From Nitrosopumilus sp. (GTDB taxonomy: Archaea > Thermoproteota > Nitrososphaeria > Nitrososphaerales > Nitrosopumilaceae): a DNA stretch of 64,000 nucleotides. Shown here piece after piece: positions 33,110-42,771 of this stretch. The position numbers and the translations under genes are program-made. The stretch is from contig OZ241857.1 in the NCBI GenBank assembly GCA_965203315.1, positions 64,001 to 128,000 on the forward strand. The letters are read 5' to 3'. Position 1 is the stretch's first letter. Every line of letters begins with the position of its first letter. The notes under the pieces are model-generated. The model worked only from the letters and a program-made list of their open reading frames with translations. It was not told where the DNA came from and ran no database searches.

Positions 33110-33211
33110 TGGTGCAGAGAGTGGGATTTGAACCCACGAACTCCTAAGAGAAGGGATATCTTAATCGAGATCTTGAGTCCCTCTCGGTTGACCGAGCTTC
33201 GATATCTCTGC
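33110..33211 (-). tRNA. tRNA-Leu(CAA) with 14-nt intron at 37/38 (33158-33171) and encoded CCA
   Basis: GCAGAGA/TCTCTGC acceptor stem, AGGGA-CTCAAG[intron]A-TCCCT anticodon arm, long variable arm, GGTTCAAATCC T-loop. Confidence 0.93.
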
Positions 33212-33409
33212 AATATATGTACCAAAGATCTAGTATTTTTCAGTTTGCAAATCCTCGTTATACTGTATCAACTTGAGATATAATCTAGGTCATATGTTCC
33301 TCTACAATGGATTCTTTTCGTCAGCACGACAGCAAGATCATTTATGTTGAAATCTATCTTACAGATACTCAAGAGAAGGCTTATAATTGTCAAATATACG
33401 CAAAAAACA

Positions 33410-33724
33410 ATGAGCGAATTTGTATCAATCGCAGAGGCGAAGAACATGCGTGGCGGTATAAATCTCAAAGCCAAAGTGAAAGAGAAGAAAGAGCCGCGAA
33501 CCGTCAACCTCAAACGAGGTGGGTCAACAGATGTATGTGATGCAATAATAACTGATGTTGAAGATACCGGTGATGAAATGAATTTCACACTGTGGGGTGA
33601 TGAGATTCAGAAGGTAAATCAAGGTGATATTGTTGTCATCACAAACGGATACTCTAACGAGTTTAGAGGTGTAGTCTCTATATCAACAGGCAAGTACGGC
33701 AAGATGGATGTAAATCCACAATAA
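33410..33724 (+). CDS. ssb: Single-stranded DNA-binding OB-fold protein
   Basis: FTLWGDE, ITNGY, STGKYG. Confidence 0.88.
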   Translation: MSEFVSIAEAKNMRGGINLKAKVKEKKEPRTVNLKRGGSTDVCDAIITDVEDTGDEMNFTLWGDEIQKVNQGDIVVITNGYSNEFRGVVSISTGKYGKMDVNPQ

Positions 33725-33805
33725 TTCCCTCTGTAGTCCCATTCTCCTTTAATATTTTATATAAAAAAACTAAAGAACCCATTCTCTATAACGCACAAGC
33801 GTTGT

Positions 33806-34834
33806 CTATCTGCGGGTCCTTTTAGATTGATTCTTTCTATCTGTGGACTTTGCTTTCTTTGTAGGTTTTGAGAGTTTTGTGGGGCGTCTTGATTTACTAG
33901 TTCTCTTTTTAGATCCTGTCTTTGCAGCTGTCTTTTTGCTAGCACTCGACTTTGTCTTTGCACTACCAATCTTTGTCTTTGCAGCTGTCTTTTTGCTAGC
34001 ACTCGACTTTGTCTTTGCACTACCAATCTTTGTCTTTGCAGCTGTCTTTTTGCTAGCACTCGACTTTGTCTTTGCACTACCAATCTTTGTCTTTGCAGCT
34101 GTCTTTTTGCTAGCACTCGACTTTGTCTTTGCACTACCAATCTTTGTCTTTGCAGCTGTCTTTTTGCTAGCACTCGACTTTGTCTTTGCACTACCAATCT
34201 TTGTCTTTGCAGCTGTCTTTGTATTACGTTCGGCAAGCTTTTCGACTGCTTTTGCAAACGCTGTCTTGGCAGAAACCTCTCTTTTTTCAAGCTTGTCTAG
34301 TTCTTTGGAGAGTTTCGCAATCTCTTTGTCACTGGTGTCTATCTCTGTATGTAGTGATGGTTTCATATCTGATTGTTTCTCAAGTTTGGTGTTGATGTCG
34401 TCGAATACTTTTTGCTGCGCTGACACTTCACTGGAAATCTTTTCAGCTGCACTTTTACGTTGCTTGATCTCCTCGGACAACTCGACTACACGTGAGTTTA
34501 TCTCTTGAAGATCTGACTGCTTTGCATCTGCGCTGATTGGAGAGTTTTGAATCCTTTTTATTGCAGCCTGTTCTGTCTTGAGGCGTTGCTCTGCTATAGA
34601 CGTTAGACGCTCGATACTGTCTAGTTGGGCTTTCTTTTGTGTCAGAGTTGCAGATATCTCATCCAAACTCTCTTGCTCAGACTCAATCCTTCGATCTGTT
34701 GTAGCGATGCTAGCTGCAGAACGACGATTTACCGCTCTTGCCGCTTCGAGCCGCCTCTTTGCACCTCGCTTCAACTTTGTCGCTTCACTCTTTTCTTGGC
34801 GAAGTTGGATTACCAACTTTTCTAGTGATACCAT
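33806..34834 (-). CDS. Coiled-coil protein with histone-H1-like repetitive basic tail
   Basis: Heptad-rich N-terminal part; five copies of TAAKTKIGSAKTKSSASKK. Confidence 0.85.
   Translation of the reverse strand: MVSLEKLVIQLRQEKSEATKLKRGAKRRLEAARAVNRRSAASIATTDRRIESEQESLDEISATLTQKKAQLDSIERLTSIAEQRLKTEQAAIKRIQNSPISADAKQSDLQEINSRVVELSEEIKQRKSAAEKISSEVSAQQKVFDDINTKLEKQSDMKPSLHTEIDTSDKEIAKLSKELDKLEKREVSAKTAFAKAVEKLAERNTKTAAKTKIGSAKTKSSASKKTAAKTKIGSAKTKSSASKKTAAKTKIGSAKTKSSASKKTAAKTKIGSAKTKSSASKKTAAKTKIGSAKTKSSASKKTAAKTGSKKRTSKSRRPTKLSKPTKKAKSTDRKNQSKRTRR
33917..34220. repeat. Perfect 57-bp tandem repeat, about 5.3 copies
   Basis: Unit tgtctttgcagctgtctttttgctagcactcgactttgtctttgcactaccaatctt. 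Confidence 0.97.
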
Positions 34835-35049
34835 ATTTTCAATAGAGTGTTTTACTTGCTTAAGTTTTTAACGTAATAATGATTTGACTTTCAAGTTAAG
34901 AAAATTTAGGTAAATTATTGCCCATTACTCGGATATCACTTGTTATGTTTTGCATATTGAACAACACCTATGTATAAAATGGAATGTGAAATCGATACAC
35001 TTCGTGTCTATGATCGCCGAATCACAAACTTGACGAGCTACGTTTTTAA

Positions 35050-36099
35050 TTGAATGATCCAGTTGATAGTTGGATGGACGAGCTAGATCGTGAGATTTTA
35101 AATGAGATCCAATGGACGTTTCCTCTCGTCTCTAGACCATTTGATTATATGGCTACAAAGTTTAACACCGCTCCTCAAGTCATAAAGGATCGACTAGAAT
35201 CTCTAAAGGCTGAAGGCATACTACGACAACTTGGAGCAATCTTTGATACACGAAGACTAGGATACACTAGTTCACTAGTTGCAATGGAGATCGATCCATC
35301 TAGACTAGAGTATGTTGCAAGTATGATAAACCGTCATCCGGGCGTTAGCCACAACTATGAACGCGATCACCAATTCAATCTCTGGTTTACACTGGCTGTT
35401 CCGCCAGGCTCTGATCTAGAGGACGAACTTGAAAAGTTCAACGTTATTCAAGGTATACGAAAAGTTCGCATACTGCCGACACTACAACTCTTCAAGATTG
35501 GCGTCAAACTTGACATGGTTGAATCAAAGAGACACAAAGTTGCACCGACCGAGACAAAGAAGACTGTATCGGAGATACCGTTCATACCTGACGAAGACGA
35601 CAAGAGATTCGTACGAGAACTACAGAAGGATATGGATATTATAGATGAACCGTTTGTCAAAACTGCTAACAAACTTGGGATGACCGAAAGCGAACTTTTT
35701 GAAAAGATGCGTTACTATGAAGAGATTGGTGTCATGCGCAGATTTGCGGCGATCTTGAGACATCGGCAGGTAGGATTCACCGCAAACGGAATGATAGTTT
35801 GGCGTGTACCAAAAGACCGTATCGATCAAGTGGGCGCAATGCTTGGTGCATTTCCCCAAGTAAGTCACTGTTACCAACGTCCTACATATCCAGACTGGCC
35901 ATACAATGTATTCTCTATGATTCACTGCAAGACCCATGATGAAGCCAAGCAGATGGCAAAAGAGATACAATCTCAGATAGACGTTGATGATTACAAGATA
36001 CTGTTCAGTCTACGTGAGTTTAAAAAGACACGTGTAGAGTACTTTGTTGAAAACTCGTTCAATCTTCATGATGTAATTCAATCACAAATTCACGACTAG
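35050..36099 (+). CDS. ahbAB: Siroheme decarboxylase, fused AhbA-AhbB (Lrp/AsnC-like)
   Basis: GVSHNYER..FNLWFT and VSHCYQRP..WPYNVFSMIH. Confidence 0.9.
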   Translation: MNDPVDSWMDELDREILNEIQWTFPLVSRPFDYMATKFNTAPQVIKDRLESLKAEGILRQLGAIFDTRRLGYTSSLVAMEIDPSRLEYVASMINRHPGVSHNYERDHQFNLWFTLAVPPGSDLEDELEKFNVIQGIRKVRILPTLQLFKIGVKLDMVESKRHKVAPTETKKTVSEIPFIPDEDDKRFVRELQKDMDIIDEPFVKTANKLGMTESELFEKMRYYEEIGVMRRFAAILRHRQVGFTANGMIVWRVPKDRIDQVGAMLGAFPQVSHCYQRPTYPDWPYNVFSMIHCKTHDEAKQMAKEIQSQIDVDDYKILFSLREFKKTRVEYFVENSFNLHDVIQSQIHD

Positions 36100-37097
36100 T
36101 TATGTTTGGGCAATGTTGCCTTTAGCTCATATGGTGGCCATGTATTGTATATGGACTCTATCTCCTTCATATCCGATTGTGGTATGTATCTTCCATCTGC
36201 CATAGATGCATAATTGATCACCTCTTCTTCACTCACGACTGTTGGAAAGACTGAAGCAAATCCTTTCTTGGACAGGATAAACTTTATCGCGAGCTCTGTG
36301 ATTGTTAATTCATTCTGTTCTGCTATATGTCGCAGCTCTTCAACTTTTTGGAGTGCTGATCTTATCCACTCACCTTTTCTTACAGATCTATGATCCCTCT
36401 CATCTATCTTTGTGTCTGCGTTTACCTTCCCAGTCAATATTCCTGATGCCTCTGGAACTCTAACTAGAATACTTGAATCATGTTGTACTGCAGACTCCAT
36501 CAGTTCATTTCCTGGTGTCTGTTCTAGTATGTTGTATACTGTTTGTATTGCATTGATGTTTGTTCTCTTTATTGCTTCTAACCCCTCTTGTGCCCATCCT
36601 ATCGCAGGTCCTAACGCAACCTGACACGTTCTAACTTTTCCCTCTGAGACGAACTGATCTAGCAGATCAAATATAGAGTCATCTCGTATGTGGTGTAACT
36701 TGGGATTATGTAGTCCATACACATCTACATGATCAGTCTTCAATCTTGTTAAACTGTCTCCAAGCGCTCTTTTAGTAAACTCTTCATCAAATCTCTGTGG
36801 TAACTCTCTGTGCCCTATCTGTTCCACACCATTAAAGTCATATCCGTACTTGGTTGATATGATTACGTCGTTACGTATACCTGCGAGTGCTTTACCTAAC
36901 AACTCTTCACTCTTTCCTTTACCATACATGTCGGCGGTCTCAAAAAAGTTGATTCCCAAATCATGTGCTTTTTTGATCATTCGCAGCGCTTCATCACTCT
37001 CGATCTTTTTACCCCACCAATCCAAGGCTATAGACCATGCTCCAAATCCGATCTCAGATACAGAGATGTCAGTATTGCCGAGCTTATTGTATCTCAA
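36096..37097 (-). CDS. Aldo/keto reductase
   Basis: IGFGAW, GINFFETADMYG, SL.RL.TDHVDVY.LH. Confidence 0.93.
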   Translation of the reverse strand: MRYNKLGNTDISVSEIGFGAWSIALDWWGKKIESDEALRMIKKAHDLGINFFETADMYGKGKSEELLGKALAGIRNDVIISTKYGYDFNGVEQIGHRELPQRFDEEFTKRALGDSLTRLKTDHVDVYGLHNPKLHHIRDDSIFDLLDQFVSEGKVRTCQVALGPAIGWAQEGLEAIKRTNINAIQTVYNILEQTPGNELMESAVQHDSSILVRVPEASGILTGKVNADTKIDERDHRSVRKGEWIRSALQKVEELRHIAEQNELTITELAIKFILSKKGFASVFPTVVSEEEVINYASMADGRYIPQSDMKEIESIYNTWPPYELKATLPKHN

Positions 37098-37283
37098 TGT
37101 CTAGATCACATGATCTCTTCATTTATGTTTATGTTGTGAGTGATCTTACATTGGTTGCTTTGATATGTAGATAAACATCAACAATGCGTGCCGTATAACT
37201 TTGGAAAAACTTTGGTGTCAAATATCACATCTTCATTGACTGGGATAAATCATACTTAAGTAGTGTGTTGTCTAGTATTAATC

Positions 37284-37397
37284 GTGAGTAATTGTCTTGA
37301 ATTCAAGTGTGACTTTTGTGGACGAAACTTTGGCTCAAACGTAATTGATCTTGCATTACACATCGGTAGGGTACACGATCAACCACGAGACAGATGA
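37284..37397 (+). CDS. Small C2H2 zinc-finger protein (37 aa, not in ORF track)
   Basis: GTG start; FKCDFCGRNF..LALHIGRVH. Confidence 0.7.
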   Translation: MSNCLEFKCDFCGRNFGSNVIDLALHIGRVHDQPRDR

Positions 37398-37688
37398 AAT
37401 CCAACAGTTGTTCAATTAGCAGATTGTTATCTGTTTAGATGTATGTTGTTCGTATGTTGAGATAAATGTACATCTGAGGCGTATCTATTATGTGTCCTGA
37501 TCTTTGTTTGTGTGATGTCACATCTGTCATCGTTCCTAATGACTGTGATGTGGGCTATGCATAGAATTGTATATGTAGCTAAATCTGTATCTTTTACCGA
37601 ATATTTTGATCGATAAAGCGTTCATCCAAGTTGTTCATTATTACTGGAAATAATGCGTTTTAATTTCAAATAGTGACATTTTGCATAT

Positions 37689-37862
37689 CTATCCATATAT
37701 GATGCAATGTTCACATTCGCAATTTGATTGTTCTTTTGTTTTTTTGAGGCAACGTTTGTGCTGACCAGCTTGACATTGAACGCATATCTCGTCTAAATTC
37801 TCGATACTTGTATATTTTTTTGACTGATCAAAGCCAAATCCACCATCTTTTGGTCCTACCAT
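37689..37862 (-). CDS. Small Cys-rich protein (57 aa, not in ORF track)
   Basis: MVGPKDGGFGF..CVQCQAGQHKRC..CECEHC. Confidence 0.7.
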   Translation of the reverse strand: MVGPKDGGFGFDQSKKYTSIENLDEICVQCQAGQHKRCLKKTKEQSNCECEHCIIYG

Positions 37863-37869
37863 ATCTTAC

Positions 37870-38016
37870 TCACTTGTCTGTACTATTTTTATCTTGATTA
37901 TCCTTTGGATTGTCCCACATGTGCATTGTACCACGAATCATAAACGCACCCACAATTATGGCGACGATTCCACCAACTATGAACCCAAAGAATCTGCCTA
38001 TGTCGGATATTGCCAT
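37870..38016 (-). CDS. Small single-pass membrane protein (48 aa, not in ORF track)
   Basis: MAISDIGRFFGFIVGGIVAIIVGAFMIRG; 7 nt upstream of the Cys-rich ORF. Confidence 0.65.
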   Translation of the reverse strand: MAISDIGRFFGFIVGGIVAIIVGAFMIRGTMHMWDNPKDNQDKNSTDK

Positions 38017-38092
38017 GATAGTATCTATGACGACTCGATAATTATAGTTGTATAGCTTAATTCAATAATGCCTTATTCTACAACCCATGTGA

Positions 38093-38191
38093 TTGTCTAA
38101 AATCAAACAGATCGTGGCGTGGATTGCTATAATTGGTGGAGGTATCGGCTTCTTCTTCTTTTCGCAATATATGGCAGAGATCATGAGATGA
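38093..38191 (+). CDS. Small membrane peptide (32 aa, not in ORF track)
   Basis: TTG start; MSKIKQIVAWIAIIGGGIGFFFFSQYMAEIMR. Confidence 0.55.
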   Translation: MSKIKQIVAWIAIIGGGIGFFFFSQYMAEIMR

Positions 38192-38238
38192 GCAATTCAT
38201 GCGGATAGTATTTTATACAAATTACGAATCTATGTCGT

Positions 38239-38679
38239 ATGATATCTGATGAGATCAATGATCTCTTGAATCGCTCCAAGTTGGGTTTTGTAGCAACCGT
38301 CTCACCTAACGGTAAACCCAACGTCTCGCCTAAAGGAACAATAATTTGTTGGAGTGACAAAACCCTTGCATTTGCAAACATTCGTTCGCCTGACACAATT
38401 CGAAATATTAGACATCAGTCTGATATCGAGATCAACGTTGTTGATCCTATACTGCGAAGAGGATTTTTGTTTCAAGGCAATGCCCGAGTTATTAGCGATG
38501 GTGCACTATTTGATGAGATATTGACATATTATCGATCTAGTGGAGTACGTAGCAAGATATCTGATATAGTTCTAGTTGATGTTGAAGTGATAACAGAGAT
38601 CACGTCCCCCTTATATGATCTAGGAATATCTGAAGATGAGATCGCGTCTAGATGGCGACAACATTATACAAATTTATGA
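38239..38679 (+). CDS. Pyridoxamine 5'-phosphate oxidase family protein
   Basis: GFVATVSPNGKPNVSPKG, SPDT..NI. Confidence 0.9.
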   Translation: MISDEINDLLNRSKLGFVATVSPNGKPNVSPKGTIICWSDKTLAFANIRSPDTIRNIRHQSDIEINVVDPILRRGFLFQGNARVISDGALFDEILTYYRSSGVRSKISDIVLVDVEVITEITSPLYDLGISEDEIASRWRQHYTNL

Positions 38680-39381
38680 TTCTGCTCTCTTTCGAGTCTC
38701 TTCATGCTCTTTGCGTTCTCGCTCTAGTAGTAGATGGACTGCTTCTAACTCTCTTTGCGTCGCAGCAAGTTTTGCCTTGAGTGAACCAACAACTACACCT
38801 GCTGCCTCTATTATGCCACTCTTGGTCTTGCTTTGTATGGACTCGATCTCGTTTTGTAACTGTCCTTCTTTGGGACCTTGTTTGTCCAGATCTCTTTTTG
38901 CTGCATATAGTTTAGAGTTTATCTCCTCAAGTTCTTCGGATGTCTCGATATGTTGCTTTCTGATTAGGTGCAATGCTGTTTTTTCTCGTTCTAGATCTGC
39001 ATTTACAGTATCGCGTGTCTTTGTCATGGTACGCAGCTCTTCTTTCATCTCTTCTAGTTTACCAGATGTCTTTTCAAATTCGCTATTTTTATCAGATTTT
39101 AATCTCTGTGAATCTCTGATCTTTGTAATCATCTTTTGATATTCGTCTTTTGCCACTTCTAGATCTCGTCTCTTTTCATTCAACTCTCTCTTTACTGTCA
39201 TCAGATTCGAAACCGTTGCATCGTACTCATCCTTCACCGATCTGATCATAGCGTGTAGTTTACCAATCTCCCTCTCTTCCTCTACGATCTCTTTTTGTAA
39301 CTCCTCACTCTTTCTCTCTAATGCGTCTGGTTCATCTTTGATTGGTTCTGTATGCTTGCGACTGAATAGATTCATTTGCAA
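38674..39381 (-). CDS. Coiled-coil hypothetical protein
   Basis: E/K-rich heptads; GIIEAAGVVVGSLK. Confidence 0.8.
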   Translation of the reverse strand: MQMNLFSRKHTEPIKDEPDALERKSEELQKEIVEEEREIGKLHAMIRSVKDEYDATVSNLMTVKRELNEKRRDLEVAKDEYQKMITKIRDSQRLKSDKNSEFEKTSGKLEEMKEELRTMTKTRDTVNADLEREKTALHLIRKQHIETSEELEEINSKLYAAKRDLDKQGPKEGQLQNEIESIQSKTKSGIIEAAGVVVGSLKAKLAATQRELEAVHLLLERERKEHEETRKRAES

Positions 39382-39629
39382 TAGTTATGGGCGTGTTGCT
39401 ATTCTTATTCTTTTTTAGTTCTGCTCGGTAGGGTATTTGTATGAATAGTTTGGGTCTTGTGTCTGATCTGCAAGATCTCTTCATCTAGATTGAGCCATTG
39501 TCATCTTTGCATTGATGGGGCTTCATCTTGTGATTAGGCACAAGACTATCAAAATATCTCATGGACGACTATCACAAAACTTGTGGAATAATCTCTCAAA
39601 ATAATCGCCGGACAGAGCCTGATACGGTA

Positions 39630-39742
39630 GGATCTCTTTTGATTTACACGAGATGTAATTTTTACAGAAAACGTACAAGATTTTAGAGACATTTTAGAAA
39701 AAAGTCTTGCGAAAAGCCATCCCACGTAAACCGAAAAGATCC
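39630..39742. mobile_element. MITE family B, about 113 bp
   Basis: ggatctcttttgatttacacgagatg / catcccacgtaaaccgaaaagatcc. Confidence 0.78.
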
Positions 39743-40041
39743 TTGTTAACGTCTTTGTACAAATTATCTTTGAGATAGCACAGAATCATATGCTTGTGCC
39801 AAAAGCATAACTTGTTGTTTGGTGGACGTACATTTCTATAGTCGTATTGACGTTTTTAGAGCGGTTTGAAATCTGATCTATCGAGTAACTCTATAATTTT
39901 GTCAATCTCTTTTGGGTACTTGACTCCTCTACTGCTTAACATGTTCAACAGTCCTTGTAGATCAACATATCTTATTCCTAATGTCGATGCTACTTTTTGT
40001 GCCTTCTTGTCATCCAATATACAATAGACACTGTCTTTGTA

Positions 40042-41287
40042 CAGACATCGCAAATGTACGTGTAAATTTTGGCATCTAGGGTGCAATCGGCTCAGGCGGA
40101 GGCTCAGGTGGGATCTCGATCAATGTTTGCACTGTTTTAAGAAACAAGCTTTGGTACATCTTGTGAGATGTGATACCTTCAACCAACAATACAAGATTGA
40201 ATATAGTCCACAAGTTTAGCAACATTTGTGCAGACATGAACATGTATGTTCTACACGGTGTTGATCTACTGTGAGTTCTAACACGCATATTTCGAGTAAA
40301 TTTGAATCCATTCTCAATCTCCCAACGATCGCGATATTTCTCTAGATCAATATTTGGATCATTTGTTGCAAATGCTCTATACTCTTCTGGGTCATCTCTG
40401 TCACGAGTTATTATGATGTAACATCCTGCTTGATCCTTGTTGTTCTTTATTACATATTTTGACACTCTAACTCGTTCTCCTCGTTTGTATTCCTCTATTG
40501 CTTTTTTTATGCCAGAAGTGTTTACGCATGGCATCAGATATTTGTGTCTAGTTCCATTCAAGAATTTGATCATAGCAACTGAATAAAACCCACGATCGGC
40601 AACAAACAGCGCTGGTCTTGTAGAGTTTATTTCGTAAAAATCTACAATTTTAGGCATAAAATCAGCATTTTTTTCCCCTTTTTTGACTGAAAATGTAGAT
40701 AAAACAAGTCTTGTGCCGGGGTTGACCAGCTGTGCAGAGATGTGTGTCTCAAATACAGTCGTACCATCTTTCGCTCTACCCTTAATCAGATCTGGATTAT
40801 CTTTATCATATCTTGAAAAACTCGTTCTGTCTACTCCAATGATAGGATGTCGAGGAAAGCGACCAAGCCGTTTTAGCTCTGACAGGTGTTGCGTCACGGC
40901 ATACTTGAATATCTCATCTATCGGTTTCTCACACGTCTCTTCGATCCTCTTCCTAATCCATTCGCCTGTAGGTGCATAACCATCACTATCTCTGATCAAT
41001 CTGGAACGATCAGCAGGAGATTTGTTTGCTACTGCCGCATCTATGATGATCTTGAGTCCGTCCCATTTTGTGTATTTGGCATTGTGATAATTAGATACTT
41101 TGAATGGTATCTGATCCATAGCGTTTATGAAAATATATCTATAAGTAGAACGGTTTCTAGATACTGCTTGTCTCAGCGAGTCTGATTGTTTGCGCATTAG
41201 ATTCCTGAGACATGCAATCCTTATTGACTTTGTTTGATCGATATTTTTGATCTTTTGGTTAAATTATAGTTACTTTTGCGATGTCTG
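40042..41287 (-). mobile_element. ISH3/IS4-like element, 1246 bp
   Basis: Terminal repeat CAGACATCGCAAA(T/A)GTA; TTTGTA duplicated at 40036-41 and 41288-93. Confidence 0.92.
40076..41197 (-). CDS. DDE transposase, ISH3-like
   Basis: IGVDRT, VADRGFYS, YRDRWEIENGFK. Confidence 0.92.
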   Translation of the reverse strand: MRKQSDSLRQAVSRNRSTYRYIFINAMDQIPFKVSNYHNAKYTKWDGLKIIIDAAVANKSPADRSRLIRDSDGYAPTGEWIRKRIEETCEKPIDEIFKYAVTQHLSELKRLGRFPRHPIIGVDRTSFSRYDKDNPDLIKGRAKDGTTVFETHISAQLVNPGTRLVLSTFSVKKGEKNADFMPKIVDFYEINSTRPALFVADRGFYSVAMIKFLNGTRHKYLMPCVNTSGIKKAIEEYKRGERVRVSKYVIKNNKDQAGCYIIITRDRDDPEEYRAFATNDPNIDLEKYRDRWEIENGFKFTRNMRVRTHSRSTPCRTYMFMSAQMLLNLWTIFNLVLLVEGITSHKMYQSLFLKTVQTLIEIPPEPPPEPIAP

Positions 41288-41580
41288 TTTGTACACACTT
41301 AATTTCATGTAGGTTAGAATTACATCTATCTCACCATGTTTTAGCTTTCTGTAGGTTTTCCCAAAGTCTTCTATCTCTTCAAATGTGTTCAAATTTAACC
41401 GAGCGAGTTTGCCTTCGCCGATTAATCTGTCGGCATTTGCTCGTGAGTTTTTATCTTTTAATTCTTTCCACACATAGTATGGTATTGATAACTCGTGTCC
41501 TAATTGCAAAATAACATCAAACGCTTTTGGATATTGGAATTGGTTAAATATCGCAATAAGTTGCGAAGTGTCAAAAATTT

Positions 41581-42228
41581 TCAACGTGAAGTCCAGAGCA
41601 AGCCTCTCTTGGCAGCTTCGTCCATCATTAAATGTAGTGGTATACCGAGTAGTTCACTGGCTCCTCCAACACTAAACTTTCCTTTTGTAAGCATGGAAAA
41701 TACATGTTCCTTGATATCTGGTTTTAGTTTCTCGTATGTCGTAGATTTTTTTTTCAGATCTGGATATTCACAGTACATAAAAGACAACATCTCTGGAATA
41801 GTAATGTCGTTTATGAGACTTTTATGGTTGCTAAAAACATCTGGCATCTTTATATCACATAGTCCTGGAAACTTTACTATCTTGTTCTTTTCATCTACAA
41901 CATTTTTGACATATCCAATACCCTGTTGGGTTAATTTAATGACGTCATCCTTCTCAATTAGCAAATCTCGTTGTACAAGATGTTCAATAGTGTTATCTAG
42001 GACAACACTGTATGGGCCATCATCTTTTATTGCATAGTTGAACCCATCTCGTATTTCTTGATAGGTATCGCTCAACATGTACATCATGAACTGTAGTTTT
42101 TGTCTACCGTATATTGGCTTGTCGTCTACATGTACAAGCAGAAGAACGTGCTTTTCGAGTTCGCTGATCTCTAGGGTTGCAGTATCGATTGCCATCTGTT
42201 TACTTTGTGCCTTGTACAATAAAAACAT
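41581..42228 (-). CDS. Putative antitoxin: YwgA/SocA-like wHTH fused to a UPF0175-like HTH
   Basis: IYGRQKLQ..GPYS..L in the N-terminus; FSVGGASELLGI..AKRGL at the C-terminus; overlaps the PIN start. Confidence 0.78.
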   Translation of the reverse strand: MFLLYKAQSKQMAIDTATLEISELEKHVLLLVHVDDKPIYGRQKLQFMMYMLSDTYQEIRDGFNYAIKDDGPYSVVLDNTIEHLVQRDLLIEKDDVIKLTQQGIGYVKNVVDEKNKIVKFPGLCDIKMPDVFSNHKSLINDITIPEMLSFMYCEYPDLKKKSTTYEKLKPDIKEHVFSMLTKGKFSVGGASELLGIPLHLMMDEAAKRGLLWTSR

Positions 42229-42300
42229 GTTTGTATCGGCTTAAAATACCAGAAACGTTGCCTTATTAATTACTAGTATCCCAAGCTATAGTTCACTTTT

Positions 42301-42570
42301 CGGTTCTCTTAACTTATTTGAGGGATGGAGATAGTTGAAATTTAAGAGATCTCTGAGAAATTTCCTAGTGGTGGCAATCCTATAAACAATTCACAAAAAA
42401 TTTTACATGTTACTGAATAACAATCTTGAATCATGTAATTTTTTGATATTTAAAGCATGAATCATGTAATTTTTTAGTTTTTAAAATGATAATTTTACGG
42501 CGAGTATAATTACAAGAACCCCTCCCTAAATTCCAACTATCTCCACCCACTCGACAAATTAAGATAATCG
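42301..42570. mobile_element. Inverted-repeat-bounded element, about 270 bp
   Basis: Imperfect repeat of about 43 bp with core tggagatagttg / caactatctcca; internal direct repeat tgaatcatgtaatttttt twice. Confidence 0.65.
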
Positions 42571-42571
42571 A

Positions 42572-42769
42572 CTAGGTCTTGGTTCGTGTCTTGATGAATT
42601 TGACGTAAAAGCCTATTCCGCCAATTATTATACCGCCTGTCAGTGCTAATACTCCTAGATCAGGCATGGATTGATGGATGTTTGGAGCTAAAAACAACAA
42701 CAACGCACCCATTATTATCAATATGAATCCTCCACTCTTCTTTGATCTATTATGTTCATCATGGGCCAT
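42572..42769 (-). CDS. Small two-helix membrane protein
   Basis: 65 aa, directly downstream of lysS. Confidence 0.75.
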   Translation of the reverse strand: MAHDEHNRSKKSGGFILIIMGALLLFLAPNIHQSMPDLGVLALTGGIIIGGIGFYVKFIKTRTKT

Positions 42770-42771
42770 GT

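Larger units (their letters stand above)
39856..41584 (-). pseudogene. PIN-domain (DUF3368-like) toxin split by an ISH3-like element
   Basis: 41584-41288 joined to 40035-39856 gives 158 aa: FDTS, HGEIDVI, KLSVYK|DSVYCILDDKKA..LGI. Confidence 0.9.

Noticed and set aside
33158-33171. tRNA intron as an unusual feature
   Set aside because: Short introns at position 37/38 are common in archaeal tRNAs.
33917-34220. Possible CRISPR array
   Set aside because: Units are contiguous and identical with no spacers, and lie in frame within a CDS.
33757-34508. Alternative ORFs 33757-34290 (-) and 33843-34508 (+)
   Set aside because: Shadow frames kept open by the stop-free tandem repeat.
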